Shown here: piece after piece, positions 7,376 through 17,814 of the stretch
Position numbering within the stretch: position 1 is the stretch's first letter
Layout: every line of letters starts with the position of its first letter
Sequence record: SRR20825010_1678
DNA: 20,000 nucleotides
Strand: one strand, 5' to 3'
Program-made: the position numbers and the translations under genes
Notes under the pieces: generated by a model
Told to the model about the DNA's origin: nothing
Seen by the model: the letters and a program-made list of their open reading frames with translations, nothing else
Databases searched by the model: none

Positions 7376-9001
7376 CTACTCGTGTTTCTTCATCTCTTGA
7401 TACATGTTGTACCGCTCCGGAAACGCGACTTCTGTCTTCGTTGCCCAAGCCTCCCAAGCCGCGATCATCCGATCGCGCCGATCGGACTCCGCCGTCGCGA
7501 GGTCATTCAACTCCGTCCGATCTTCGGCGATGTTGTACAACTCCCAAGGCTTCTCGTACTCGCGAACAAGCTTCCAATCTCCGTCTCGCATCGCCGCGTT
7601 TCCTTCATGTTCGAAGAACATCGGCGAATCATGGATTGGCCGTCCGGCGACTTCCGAGTCGCCGATCAACGCGTTGACGAAAGAACTGCCTTCGCAAGGA
7701 GGAACGTCACCGGGTATCTCAGCACCGGCCAGTTCGACACAGGTTGCCATGATGTCCGGCAGATACGCCGGTTGTCTCACGAACGAGTTGCGTCGAGATT
7801 CAGGGATTCCGCCGGGCCAATGAGCGATCATCGGCGTGTTGGCGCCGCCCTCATGCAAGAAGTGCTTGTACAAACGAAACGGAGTGTTGCTCGCGTTTGC
7901 CCAAGCCAAACCTTGACGCACGCCGTTGGTTGTTTCCAACGGAGGATTGCGAACCATTTTCTCGTCGCCGAATCCCAATCGCCCGCCTTCCTGACAAGCA
8001 CCATTGTCGGACAGGAACAAGATCAACGTTTTTTCGTATTGGTCGATTGATTTCAAGTGAGCAACCAACCGTCCGATGTTTTGATCGATGTTGTCCACGC
8101 ATCCCGCGTAGGCAGCCATGATCGCATCCAAATCATCCCGCTTCTTCGGCTTCAATGATTCCCAAGCCGGACCAACATGGGGTGCCGGCTGCACGGACTC
8201 GTCAAACAGCCCGATCTCGCGTTGCTTCGCTTGCCGAGCTTTCATCAACGCTTCCCAGCCCTCTGCGTAGCGTCCACGGTACTTCTCGAAATCCTTCACC
8301 TTCGCATTGAGCGGCCAGTGAGGAGCGTTGTACGCGAGGTACAAAAAGAATGGTTTGTCGTCAGTCCGTGTTGCTTCGCTGATGTAGTCACAAGCGATGT
8401 CAGTGAATGCGTCCGTTGCGTAAAAGCCATCTTCCGTTTCGACCTCTTCATTGCCATCGGTCATCCCACGATCACCGCCCGGCTTGAAGTAGTTGAACGC
8501 GCCGCTGATTCCGCCGTAGAAACGATCAAAACCGCGTTGAAGTGGCCAATCGTTTTGATCCGCGTGACCTAAATGCCACTTGCCTGTCATGAAAGTGTGA
8601 TAGTCCTTCGACTTCAACACTTGCGGAATCGTGACACAGGTTTCGTTCAGATGTCCTTGGTAGGCTGGCGGAGCGACCAGTGTCTTGCCGGGAGGTGCGG
8701 TCATGTGGCCAATCCCGACTTGATGTGGGTGCAACCCCGTCATCAAACTCGCGCGAGTCGGACAACACCGGCCCGAGTTGTAAAACTGCGTGAACCGTAA
8801 CCCGTTCTCTGCCAATGAATCGATGTGCGGCGTTTCGATTTCGCTGCCATAGCATCCCAGATCCGAAAACCCCATGTCGTCGACCAACACCACCACAATG
8901 TTGGGTGGCGAAGTTTCCGCGGCATTCGATTGCGGTGCCGCGAGAACGACAAAAAGACAAACGCAGAGGGAGAAGCAAGCTCCCATCACAACACGTTTCA
9001 T
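7376..9001 (-). CDS. Arylsulfatase (Cys-type formylglycine-dependent S1 sulfatase), secreted
   Basis: Signal peptide; PNIVVVLVDDMGFSDLG; signature CCPTRASLMTG (CxPxR); GKWHLG; YNAPHWP; SDNG; WELYNIAEDRTE. 541 aa. Confidence 0.96.
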   Translation of the reverse strand: MKRVVMGACFSLCVCLFVVLAAPQSNAAETSPPNIVVVLVDDMGFSDLGCYGSEIETPHIDSLAENGLRFTQFYNSGRCCPTRASLMTGLHPHQVGIGHMTAPPGKTLVAPPAYQGHLNETCVTIPQVLKSKDYHTFMTGKWHLGHADQNDWPLQRGFDRFYGGISGAFNYFKPGGDRGMTDGNEEVETEDGFYATDAFTDIACDYISEATRTDDKPFFLYLAYNAPHWPLNAKVKDFEKYRGRYAEGWEALMKARQAKQREIGLFDESVQPAPHVGPAWESLKPKKRDDLDAIMAAYAGCVDNIDQNIGRLVAHLKSIDQYEKTLILFLSDNGACQEGGRLGFGDEKMVRNPPLETTNGVRQGLAWANASNTPFRLYKHFLHEGGANTPMIAHWPGGIPESRRNSFVRQPAYLPDIMATCVELAGAEIPGDVPPCEGSSFVNALIGDSEVAGRPIHDSPMFFEHEGNAAMRDGDWKLVREYEKPWELYNIAEDRTELNDLATAESDRRDRMIAAWEAWATKTEVAFPERYNMYQEMKKHE

Positions 9002-9117
9002 GCTTACTCAATCAATAAGTGGGTAGGGAATGTTGGGGCAGGTAGCTTTGTCTGACGACGCACGCCATTCGAATCGTTTGCGTGAATTTCAAGGGCATAT
9101 CCACGGCCGAACCGGTT

Positions 9118-9202
9118 CGAGCAGCTTCCAAACACGGAAGGCCAAACAAAACCGAGCAGCTCTTTCGAGCTGGCGTCACAAAACATTTTGCGTCGAGCAG
9201 CT
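9118..9202. promoter_or_regulatory. Three direct copies of CGAGCAGCT in a divergent intergenic region
   Basis: Exact 9-mer at 9118-9126, 9153-9161 and 9194-9202 between the sulfatase and the serine hydrolase. Regulatory role is inferred only. Confidence 0.35.
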
Positions 9203-9309
9203 GAACCAAGCCGTCCGAGTCGATCTCGGTCGGCCGGCCATTGTAAACTAACGGCGTCTCAGAATCTTTGTCACGAGCCCGCTGTTCTTTCATTCTCTGC
9301 CCCGGCACC

Positions 9310-10479
9310 ATGAACCAAATCATCTCGCGAGTCGCCTTTGTTTTCCTGTTGGCTGTCTCGACTGCCGCGACCGGTCACTCGGAAGACTTCCCATCCGACG
9401 ATGTGCGGCGGATCGTGAAGGAAGGCATCCAAGCCGGCAAATGCCCCGGAGCAGTTGTCGCGATCGGCTTCGACGGACGAACCGTCTTTCAGTCTGCTTT
9501 CGGGGATCGTCAAGTCGAACCGACCAAAGTTCCCATGACAGAAGACACAATCTTCGATCTGGCCTCGTTGACCAAACCGATTGCGACCGCAACCAGCGTG
9601 ATGATCCTGGCCGACCAAGGCAAAATTTCGATCGACGATCCGGTCAGCCAATACCTTCCCGACTTCGCAGGTCAAGACAAAGAATCCGTCACAATCCGGC
9701 ACCTGCTTCTGCACACCTCCGGACTGATTCCCGACAACGGAATGTCTGACTACAAAGGCACGCATGCCGAATCGATCGCGAATTTGATGAACCAGAAACT
9801 TCGCAGCCCACCTGGCACACGATTCCGGTATTCCGATGTTGGCTTCATGGTTCTTGGTGAACTGGTCGAGCAGGTCTCCGGGAAACCGCTGAATGAATTC
9901 GCTCAACAAAACATCTTTGAACCATTGAAGATGAAAGACACCAACTTTCGATCGATCGGACAAGACGACGAGCGCTGCGCAACCACCCAACAACGCGAAG
10001 GTCACTGGATGCGAGGCGAAGTCCACGACCCTCGATGCTACGCCTTGGGCGGCGTCGCTGGTCACGCGGGATTGTTTAGCACCGCCGAGGATCTTTCCAA
10101 GCTCGCCAACGTTTTGCTGAAATCGGGAAAGAACGAAGACGTGAGTCTGTTTTCTCAATCAACCTTTGATGCGATGACCACCGGCATCAAAGTCCCTGGT
10201 GCGTCCGAAAATCAAATTCAATTGCGAAGCCTCGGTTGGGACAAGCAATCCGGTTACTCGTCCAACCGAGGCAAATCGATGAGCGAGTCGGCCTTTGGAC
10301 ATGGCGGCTTCACCGGCACCGCAATTTGGATCGATCCTGAACAAAAGCTCTATGTCATTTTCCTCAGCAACCGCGTTCATCCCGATGGCAAAGGTTCAGT
10401 CAATTCGCTCGCCGGCGAGATCGGAACCATCGCCGCGGACTGGGCCATCGAACAACTCCGCTCATCTGAAACTCGCTGA
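9310..10479 (+). CDS. Serine hydrolase, beta-lactamase/AmpC-like family, secreted
   Basis: FDLASLTK (SxxK), LLLHTSG, FRYSD, GEVHDP, GHAGLFST, FGHGGFTG. The ATG at 9310 gives a signal peptide (MNQIISRVAFVFLLAVSTAATG). Confidence 0.9.
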   Translation: MNQIISRVAFVFLLAVSTAATGHSEDFPSDDVRRIVKEGIQAGKCPGAVVAIGFDGRTVFQSAFGDRQVEPTKVPMTEDTIFDLASLTKPIATATSVMILADQGKISIDDPVSQYLPDFAGQDKESVTIRHLLLHTSGLIPDNGMSDYKGTHAESIANLMNQKLRSPPGTRFRYSDVGFMVLGELVEQVSGKPLNEFAQQNIFEPLKMKDTNFRSIGQDDERCATTQQREGHWMRGEVHDPRCYALGGVAGHAGLFSTAEDLSKLANVLLKSGKNEDVSLFSQSTFDAMTTGIKVPGASENQIQLRSLGWDKQSGYSSNRGKSMSESAFGHGGFTGTAIWIDPEQKLYVIFLSNRVHPDGKGSVNSLAGEIGTIAADWAIEQLRSSETR

Positions 10480-10515
10480 GCACTCGCGGTCCCACATTGA
10501 GCTGCCAATTCGACG

Positions 10516-11232
10516 ATGTCCCCAAAGAACTCTCACTCGATCCTTTCCGCCCCAGCGTTCCAAAAGCGAAGCATGAGTCGACCGCCAAAGCAAAGCGAAT
10601 CAATATTGCATTTCGCGACCGATGTTTGCCCGCTTGGAAACGTCTTGATCGCGCGAGTTTGCGAAGGCGACTCAGCAAAAGGGATCTGCTTTCTTTCCCT
10701 CGGTGACGATCCGTCGAGTCAGTTGTCCGAACTCGCTGACGCATTCCCAAATCACGAACTTGTCGAATCATCAGACCACTCTCAAACGGAACTGGTTGCC
10801 ATCCGGCAGTTCATTGAGCAACCGGCACAGCCGCCGGTCTTTCGCCTGGACCTTCGGGGTACCCCATTTCAAAAACGTGTTTGGAAAGGCCTGATGCAAA
10901 CATCGCCCGGCGAAACAATCACCTATCGCGAACTAGCACAACAAATTGGCTCTCCAGGCTCCAGTCGCGCGGTCGGGGCCGCCTGCGGTCAAAACAAGAT
11001 CGCATTGGCCGTCCCTTGCCACCGAGCGGTTCGATCCGATGGCAAGGACTCTGGATTCCGATGGGGTTTGGAACGCAAACGCGAACTCTTGAAACGAGAA
11101 CGTGCGATCGGCGAACCGGGCGTCTCTTCCGACTTCAGCCAACCCCAGTTGATTGGCTTTGATTCTCCGGTCCCAAAGCCGAAGTGCTCAGCACACTCCT
11201 GCTCGACACCACCGAAACAAACGCAGTCATGA
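10516..11232 (+). CDS. ogt: Methylated-DNA--protein-cysteine S-methyltransferase (Ogt/Ada C-terminal type)
   Basis: GTPFQKRVW, GETITY, SRAVGAACGQN, active-site PCHR, FRWGLERKRELL. Start could alternatively be the ATG at 10573. Confidence 0.92.
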   Translation: MSPKNSHSILSAPAFQKRSMSRPPKQSESILHFATDVCPLGNVLIARVCEGDSAKGICFLSLGDDPSSQLSELADAFPNHELVESSDHSQTELVAIRQFIEQPAQPPVFRLDLRGTPFQKRVWKGLMQTSPGETITYRELAQQIGSPGSSRAVGAACGQNKIALAVPCHRAVRSDGKDSGFRWGLERKRELLKRERAIGEPGVSSDFSQPQLIGFDSPVPKPKCSAHSCSTPPKQTQS

Positions 11233-12383
11233 GCGAAACGACCACCGGCAGTGGCTTCAGCCTCAAGGACCAACTCTTCAATCGCGAACGCGTCAACTAC
11301 CTGAGCGGGTTGTTCCAAACGGCTGACACAAACTTCGATGGCAAAGCCTTCACCCGACAATGCATGCGAGGTCTCAAAGACCTCGAACTGAAACAACGCA
11401 TCGTTCACATCGCGAGCGTACTCGAAAAACATTTGTCGGATGACTTCCGCATCGCAGCCAAACAGATTCAGGAGGCTCTTCCGCCGGCTTTGGATCCCAC
11501 TCGAACCGACGATGACTTCGGTGATTTTATCTTTGCTCCTCTCGGCGAGTTTGTCGTCCGCAACGGACTCGATCGCAAACAACTTCGACATTCGCTTCGA
11601 ACGCTCAAGCAAATCACCATGCGGTTCTCGATGGAAGACGCTATACGCGCCTTCATCGACACTCATCCCGACGCAACCCTGGCGGAACTCGCTCAATGGT
11701 CCACTGATTCCAACTATCACGTGCGGCGGCTGGTCAGCGAGGGAACACGCCCCAAACTGCCTTGGTCACGCCGCCTAACGATCGACGTCACGACGCCGAT
11801 ACCGTTTCTCGAAACTCTGCACGCTGACCCAACACGCTATGTCACTCGGTCCGTTGCAAACCACCTGAATGACATTTCCAAATCCCACCCTGAGCTTGTC
11901 CTACAACTCCTTCGAGAATGGAAAAAAGCGAAACGCCAAACGACCAAGGAATTCGATTGGATCAGCAGTCATGCCTTGCGAACACTTATCAAGCAAGGCC
12001 ATTCCCCCGCGTTGAAGTTCCTTGGCTTTCGCGACAACCCGAAGATTGAAGTCTCGAATTTCCGATTGCTGCGCACGGTGCTTCGGCCTGGCGACTCGAT
12101 CGAGTTCGATTTCACCATCACCGCTGAGCGTGCGGAATCATTGATGGTCGATTACGTCATCGACTTCGTGAAGGCCAACGGAACCACGGCCCCCAAAGTC
12201 CACAAACTCAAGCGTCTGGCTCTCACCAAGGGCGAAACCGCTTCACTGAAGAAACGCCATCGTCTGCACGCGAACGCCACCACGTACAAACTCTATCTTG
12301 GTCGACACGCCGTCACACTGCAGATTAACGGGCAACCTTACGGAACGCTCCCATTTGAATTGCTTGTCAACAGCGAAGCATGA
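11229..12383 (+). CDS. alkC: AlkC-like HEAT-repeat DNA alkylation repair glycosylase with C-terminal beta-sandwich domain
   Basis: ATGA overlap with the ogt stop (11229-11232). Motifs RFSMEDAIR, HVRRLVSEGTRPKLPW and YVTRSVANHLNDISK typify AlkC/COG4335; the beta-rich C-terminus (MVDYVIDFVKANG...KVHKL...LYLGRHAVTLQING) fits the Ig-like domain of long AlkC proteins. Confidence 0.85.
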   Translation: MSETTTGSGFSLKDQLFNRERVNYLSGLFQTADTNFDGKAFTRQCMRGLKDLELKQRIVHIASVLEKHLSDDFRIAAKQIQEALPPALDPTRTDDDFGDFIFAPLGEFVVRNGLDRKQLRHSLRTLKQITMRFSMEDAIRAFIDTHPDATLAELAQWSTDSNYHVRRLVSEGTRPKLPWSRRLTIDVTTPIPFLETLHADPTRYVTRSVANHLNDISKSHPELVLQLLREWKKAKRQTTKEFDWISSHALRTLIKQGHSPALKFLGFRDNPKIEVSNFRLLRTVLRPGDSIEFDFTITAERAESLMVDYVIDFVKANGTTAPKVHKLKRLALTKGETASLKKRHRLHANATTYKLYLGRHAVTLQINGQPYGTLPFELLVNSEA

Positions 12384-12463
12384 AGTTCCGACGGAGCGAG
12401 ACATTGAACCGACGAAACCTCACGCTCTGCCAAGTCATGGAACCCCTCGAGCCAGCATCCCAT

Positions 12464-12570
12464 GTAGCCGACCGAGGCCATCGGTCGGCAGGAGCGCAAA
12501 CAATCAAAGCAAACGTCCAATTTCCCAAGCAAGAACGCTGGTTTGCCGACGGAGGGCCTCCGTCGGCTAC
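12464..12570. repeat. REPIN-like inverted pair of GTAG-tagged REP palindromes
   Basis: 12464-12490 GTAGCCGACCGAggccaTCGGTCGGCA (+) and 12544-12570 GTAGCCGACGGAGgccCTCCGTCGGCA (-), 53-bp spacer, between convergent genes; same family as 7268-7294. Confidence 0.85.
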
Positions 12571-12623
12571 GTTGTTGCGCCGCTTCTTGGGACTGACGTC
12601 TGGAAGGGGCTTGGTCGCCGCGA

Positions 12624-13520
12624 TCACTCGTCACCATCAAAACGAAATGGTGTACCACCGATGATCTGGTCGCTGGTGATCGTCGGGCACACGTATCGCT
12701 CGATGTGCGATATCACTCTGCGAGTTCCTTCAAAATGGCTGACGTACGGCCACATCTTCGGGTTGTACATCGAGTCCGTCATGTCTCGCATCAGCACGAC
12801 GTTTTTGCCGTTCTTCGCCATTTGACGAAGCCCAAAGGGACGACCGAGCACACACATGTTGGTATGAACACCCAACAAAATCACATTGTCGATGTTCTTT
12901 GATTCCAAAACATTCCAAACCTCATCGCCCTGGTCAGTGATGAAATCCACCGAGTCGTCGATCACGATCGTATCCAGTTGCCGTTGCCAAGGTCGCTTCG
13001 GATCGCGGCCGAGCGACTCCAGCTTCGCGGCCCATGCCGCGTGTTCCTCGGGATCGTCGTCTTCTCCACCATCCGATTGATCGACGGGATACTCAGCCTC
13101 TTCTTCTGCAGGAATGCTGTAGCACCAAGCGCCGATCTCTTTCGGCAAATTCGCGGCGACAGGTGCCCGGACCGCACGCCTCCGCGCCGGACTGTTCGCG
13201 TAGAAATCCACACAACCGCTAGGGGCATGAATGATTGTCACCCCGCGTCGCCGAGCGTCCGAGAGGACCTCATTCATCCTCGGTGCCATCTCATTCAGCC
13301 GCTCGACAGCATTAAAACAATGGTGATAGTCCCACACATCACAAACAATGATGGCGGTCTTGCTTGGCTCCCACGACTCATTCACCTGCTGAAGCACAAA
13401 CTCTCCGGCATCCGATTTCGTCTGGGACTGAAGCTTAAGTTCCAAGCCGGATTGCGCCATCGCAGCCTGTCCCAACGACACGCCGAATAAAAGAGCAACC
13501 AATGCGACACGCTTCGCCAT
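12624..13520 (-). CDS. Isochorismatase/cysteine hydrolase family protein with signal peptide
   Basis: Signal peptide (MAKRVALVALLFGVSLGQAAMA); TAIIVCDVW (catalytic Asp), GVTIIHAP, NVILLGVHTNMCV (catalytic Cys), VVLMRDMTD. SD-like GGAG upstream. Confidence 0.85.
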   Translation of the reverse strand: MAKRVALVALLFGVSLGQAAMAQSGLELKLQSQTKSDAGEFVLQQVNESWEPSKTAIIVCDVWDYHHCFNAVERLNEMAPRMNEVLSDARRRGVTIIHAPSGCVDFYANSPARRRAVRAPVAANLPKEIGAWCYSIPAEEEAEYPVDQSDGGEDDDPEEHAAWAAKLESLGRDPKRPWQRQLDTIVIDDSVDFITDQGDEVWNVLESKNIDNVILLGVHTNMCVLGRPFGLRQMAKNGKNVVLMRDMTDSMYNPKMWPYVSHFEGTRRVISHIERYVCPTITSDQIIGGTPFRFDGDE

Positions 13521-13797
13521 CCGACATCTCCAAATTGAAAGTGAGGTGCATCCATCGTAATCATCTCATCGCGGCCACAGGAACAACATCAGCAGCGTCT
13601 CGCAGCCAAAATCTGGAATCCACACCAAACTCACACCGGTCACGAACGATAAATTTGGTCGTCGCGCCCATTGTCCCCTGAGCATCGGCCGAAGATCCGA
13701 CGAAGTTCACGTGCTGGAAAAGCATGTTGTGCGAACCGTCGATCCAGCATCGTGTCTGCTTAGCAATCCAAGTCCTCCAACACGACAGACAATTGTC

Positions 13798-14244
13798 ATG
13801 TCCGATCCAATCAAGTTTTATAGCACCGGCGACGAATACGGTGAATTCTCCAACTTCGCCGGTTATCCAATCAAAATTGGAAAGAAGGTTTGGCCAACGT
13901 CGGAGCACTACTTCCAAGCAATGAAGTTCCAGGAAGGGTCTGATCAAGAAGAAATCAGAAAGGCGAACTCGCCAATGCAGGCGGCGAGGATGGGACGCGA
14001 CCGAAAACGGAAGCTTCGACGCGACTGGGAATCCGTGAAGGTGAACATCATGCGAGAAGCGGTCCTGGCGAAATTCACACAACACGAGGATCTTCGCGAA
14101 TTACTGCTGGCGACAGGTGACGCGAAAATCATCGAGCACACCACCAACGATGACTACTGGGGTGATGGAGGAGACGGCAGGGGAAAGAACATGCTGGGCC
14201 GAATCCTGATGGACACAAGAACGAAACTGCGAGAACCAGGCTGA
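13798..14244 (+). CDS. NADAR family protein (YbiA/DUF1768, N-glycosidase-like)
   Basis: FSNF, WPTSEHYFQAMKF, DWESVK, AKFTQHEDLRELLLATG, IEHTTNDDYWGDG, GKNMLGRILM: canonical NADAR. ATG at 13798 gives a typical 148 aa. Confidence 0.94.
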   Translation: MSDPIKFYSTGDEYGEFSNFAGYPIKIGKKVWPTSEHYFQAMKFQEGSDQEEIRKANSPMQAARMGRDRKRKLRRDWESVKVNIMREAVLAKFTQHEDLRELLLATGDAKIIEHTTNDDYWGDGGDGRGKNMLGRILMDTRTKLREPG

Positions 14245-14346
14245 TTGAAGAAATGTCCTCATGCGGTAAACACCATGAAGCCCCGCACTATGTCAGGCTG
14301 ACAACGCGAGCGCATTCCCGACTGCATCCTCCACTGGCAAGCTAGC

Positions 14347-15354
14347 TCACTTGATCGCAAGCACTGCGTCAACAGGTGCGCCGGTGACTTGCCCAGTCAC
14401 TTCGCGGAAACCGGCACGACGCAAGATCGCTTCGTACTCCGCCAAGGTCCGTTCACGACCTTCGGTGCACACCAACATGTTGAGGTCTTGCATTTGGCCC
14501 CAATCCGGACCGCCACGATCGTCCTGGATCAGAATCTCCGCGAGCAGCAAACCGCCACCCTCGGGCAGACGATCATAGATCTTCGACAGCAGTCGATCAA
14601 TTTTCTCGTCGGACCAATCGTGCAGAATCCTGCCCAACGACATCAAATCGGCTTGAGGCAATTCATCGTCGAAGAAGTCGCCTGCAACCACATCGATTCG
14701 ATCAGAAACAGATGACTGTGCGACGATCTCTTTGGTCAATGGAATCACACCCGGCAGATCAAACACCGTCGCGGTCAGCGATTCGTAGGCCTCGCAAGCC
14801 GCCATTGGCAGGTGTCCCGTCGCTCCGCCAAGATCCACCAAGTGTTTGAATTGCGAGAGATCCACCGCGCGAACCACCTTCGGCGAACTGATCACGCCAT
14901 AGCCATGCATCCCCATCAAGAACTCTCGCATGGCCGCATCGTCAGCGAAAAAACTGCTGAAGATCGGCTGGTCCCAACCATAGGCGTCTTTCCAACGATG
15001 CGAACCTTCGCGGATCGCGTTCTCGAAATGCGACCACAACTTCCAGCTGACGTCATTGCTGAACTTGATGTAACCCGTCATCCGATTGGGACTGGTCGAG
15101 GTCAGCAATTCGCTTGCGAGTCCCGTGTTTTTGTACTGCTCACCATCTCGTGAAAGCAAATCCATCCCCACCAACCCATCGAGCAAGCGACTCACAGCTG
15201 CGGGATCACACTGAAGCTCGATTGCCAAGTCTTCTGCCGACCGCTTTTGTTGCTCCAATGAATCGAAGACGCCCAGCTCCACAGCGGCGAACATGACTTT
15301 CGAAAATCGAAAGCCATTAATGTACTGAAGAACTGGTGTGGGATCGACGGGCAT
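14347..15354 (-). CDS. SAM-dependent O-methyltransferase, class II (acetylserotonin O-methyltransferase-like)
   Basis: N-terminal dimerisation/wHTH region (AAVELGVFD), VDLGGATG, FDLP, GDFF, RILHDW, LNMLVCTEGRERT. Start chosen at ATG 15354 (track gives 15363). Confidence 0.9.
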   Translation of the reverse strand: MPVDPTPVLQYINGFRFSKVMFAAVELGVFDSLEQQKRSAEDLAIELQCDPAAVSRLLDGLVGMDLLSRDGEQYKNTGLASELLTSTSPNRMTGYIKFSNDVSWKLWSHFENAIREGSHRWKDAYGWDQPIFSSFFADDAAMREFLMGMHGYGVISSPKVVRAVDLSQFKHLVDLGGATGHLPMAACEAYESLTATVFDLPGVIPLTKEIVAQSSVSDRIDVVAGDFFDDELPQADLMSLGRILHDWSDEKIDRLLSKIYDRLPEGGGLLLAEILIQDDRGGPDWGQMQDLNMLVCTEGRERTLAEYEAILRRAGFREVTGQVTGAPVDAVLAIK

Positions 15355-15401
15355 GATGAGCAACGGACGGCGAAGACGCGGATGATGAGCGAAGCGGGCT
15401 T

Positions 15402-15550
15402 CGACGGTCTTGGAAGACCATCGTACAGGCAGGTGTGGTCACGCGACGGCATTGGAGGACCGTCGAACGGCGAGGTGGCTTGGCGACGATCTTGGAAGAC
15501 CATCGTACGGGCTGGTGTGGTCAGCGAACGGCCTTAAAAGACCGTCGTAC
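15402..15550. repeat. Array of four ~25-bp GTAC-tagged imperfect palindromes (REP/BIME-like)
   Basis: Units at 15402-15426, 15444-15468, 15484-15508 and 15525-15550, consensus CGACGGTCTTGGAAGACCRTCGTAC, separated by related 15-17 bp G-rich linkers. Confidence 0.88.
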
Positions 15551-15582
15551 TTGTGGAAGTACCGACCGGAGAAAGTCAGCGT

Positions 15583-17814
<2,232 letters not shown>

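Noticed and set aside
9271..10158. 295-aa minus-strand ORF (likewise 7382..8050, 10989..11720, 16015..16839, 17329..17859)
   Set aside because: Antisense to well-supported genes with no recognisable motifs; expected from codon bias in GC-rich genomes.
9310..10479. Antibiotic-resistance beta-lactamase call
   Set aside because: SxxK fold present, but YSD and HGG replace the class C YxN and KTG motifs; more consistent with an esterase/amidase.
12388..12396. CCGACGGAG half-site matching the REP stem
   Set aside because: Only 9 bp, with no GTAG tag and no complementary arm; chance match or an unrecognisable relic.
12380..12664. 94-aa ORF overlapping the alkC stop by ATGA
   Set aside because: Despite apparent coupling, it runs through the REPIN palindromes and into the convergent gene, with no protein-like features.
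13560..14345. NADAR as an integron-like gene cassette
   Set aside because: Isolated orientation is suggestive, but I could not identify paired attC R''/R' boxes or a long imperfect palindrome on either side, and no integrase is present.
15402..15550. CRISPR array interpretation
   Set aside because: Spacers are only 15-17 bp and resemble one another, repeats are degenerate, and no leader or cas genes are present.
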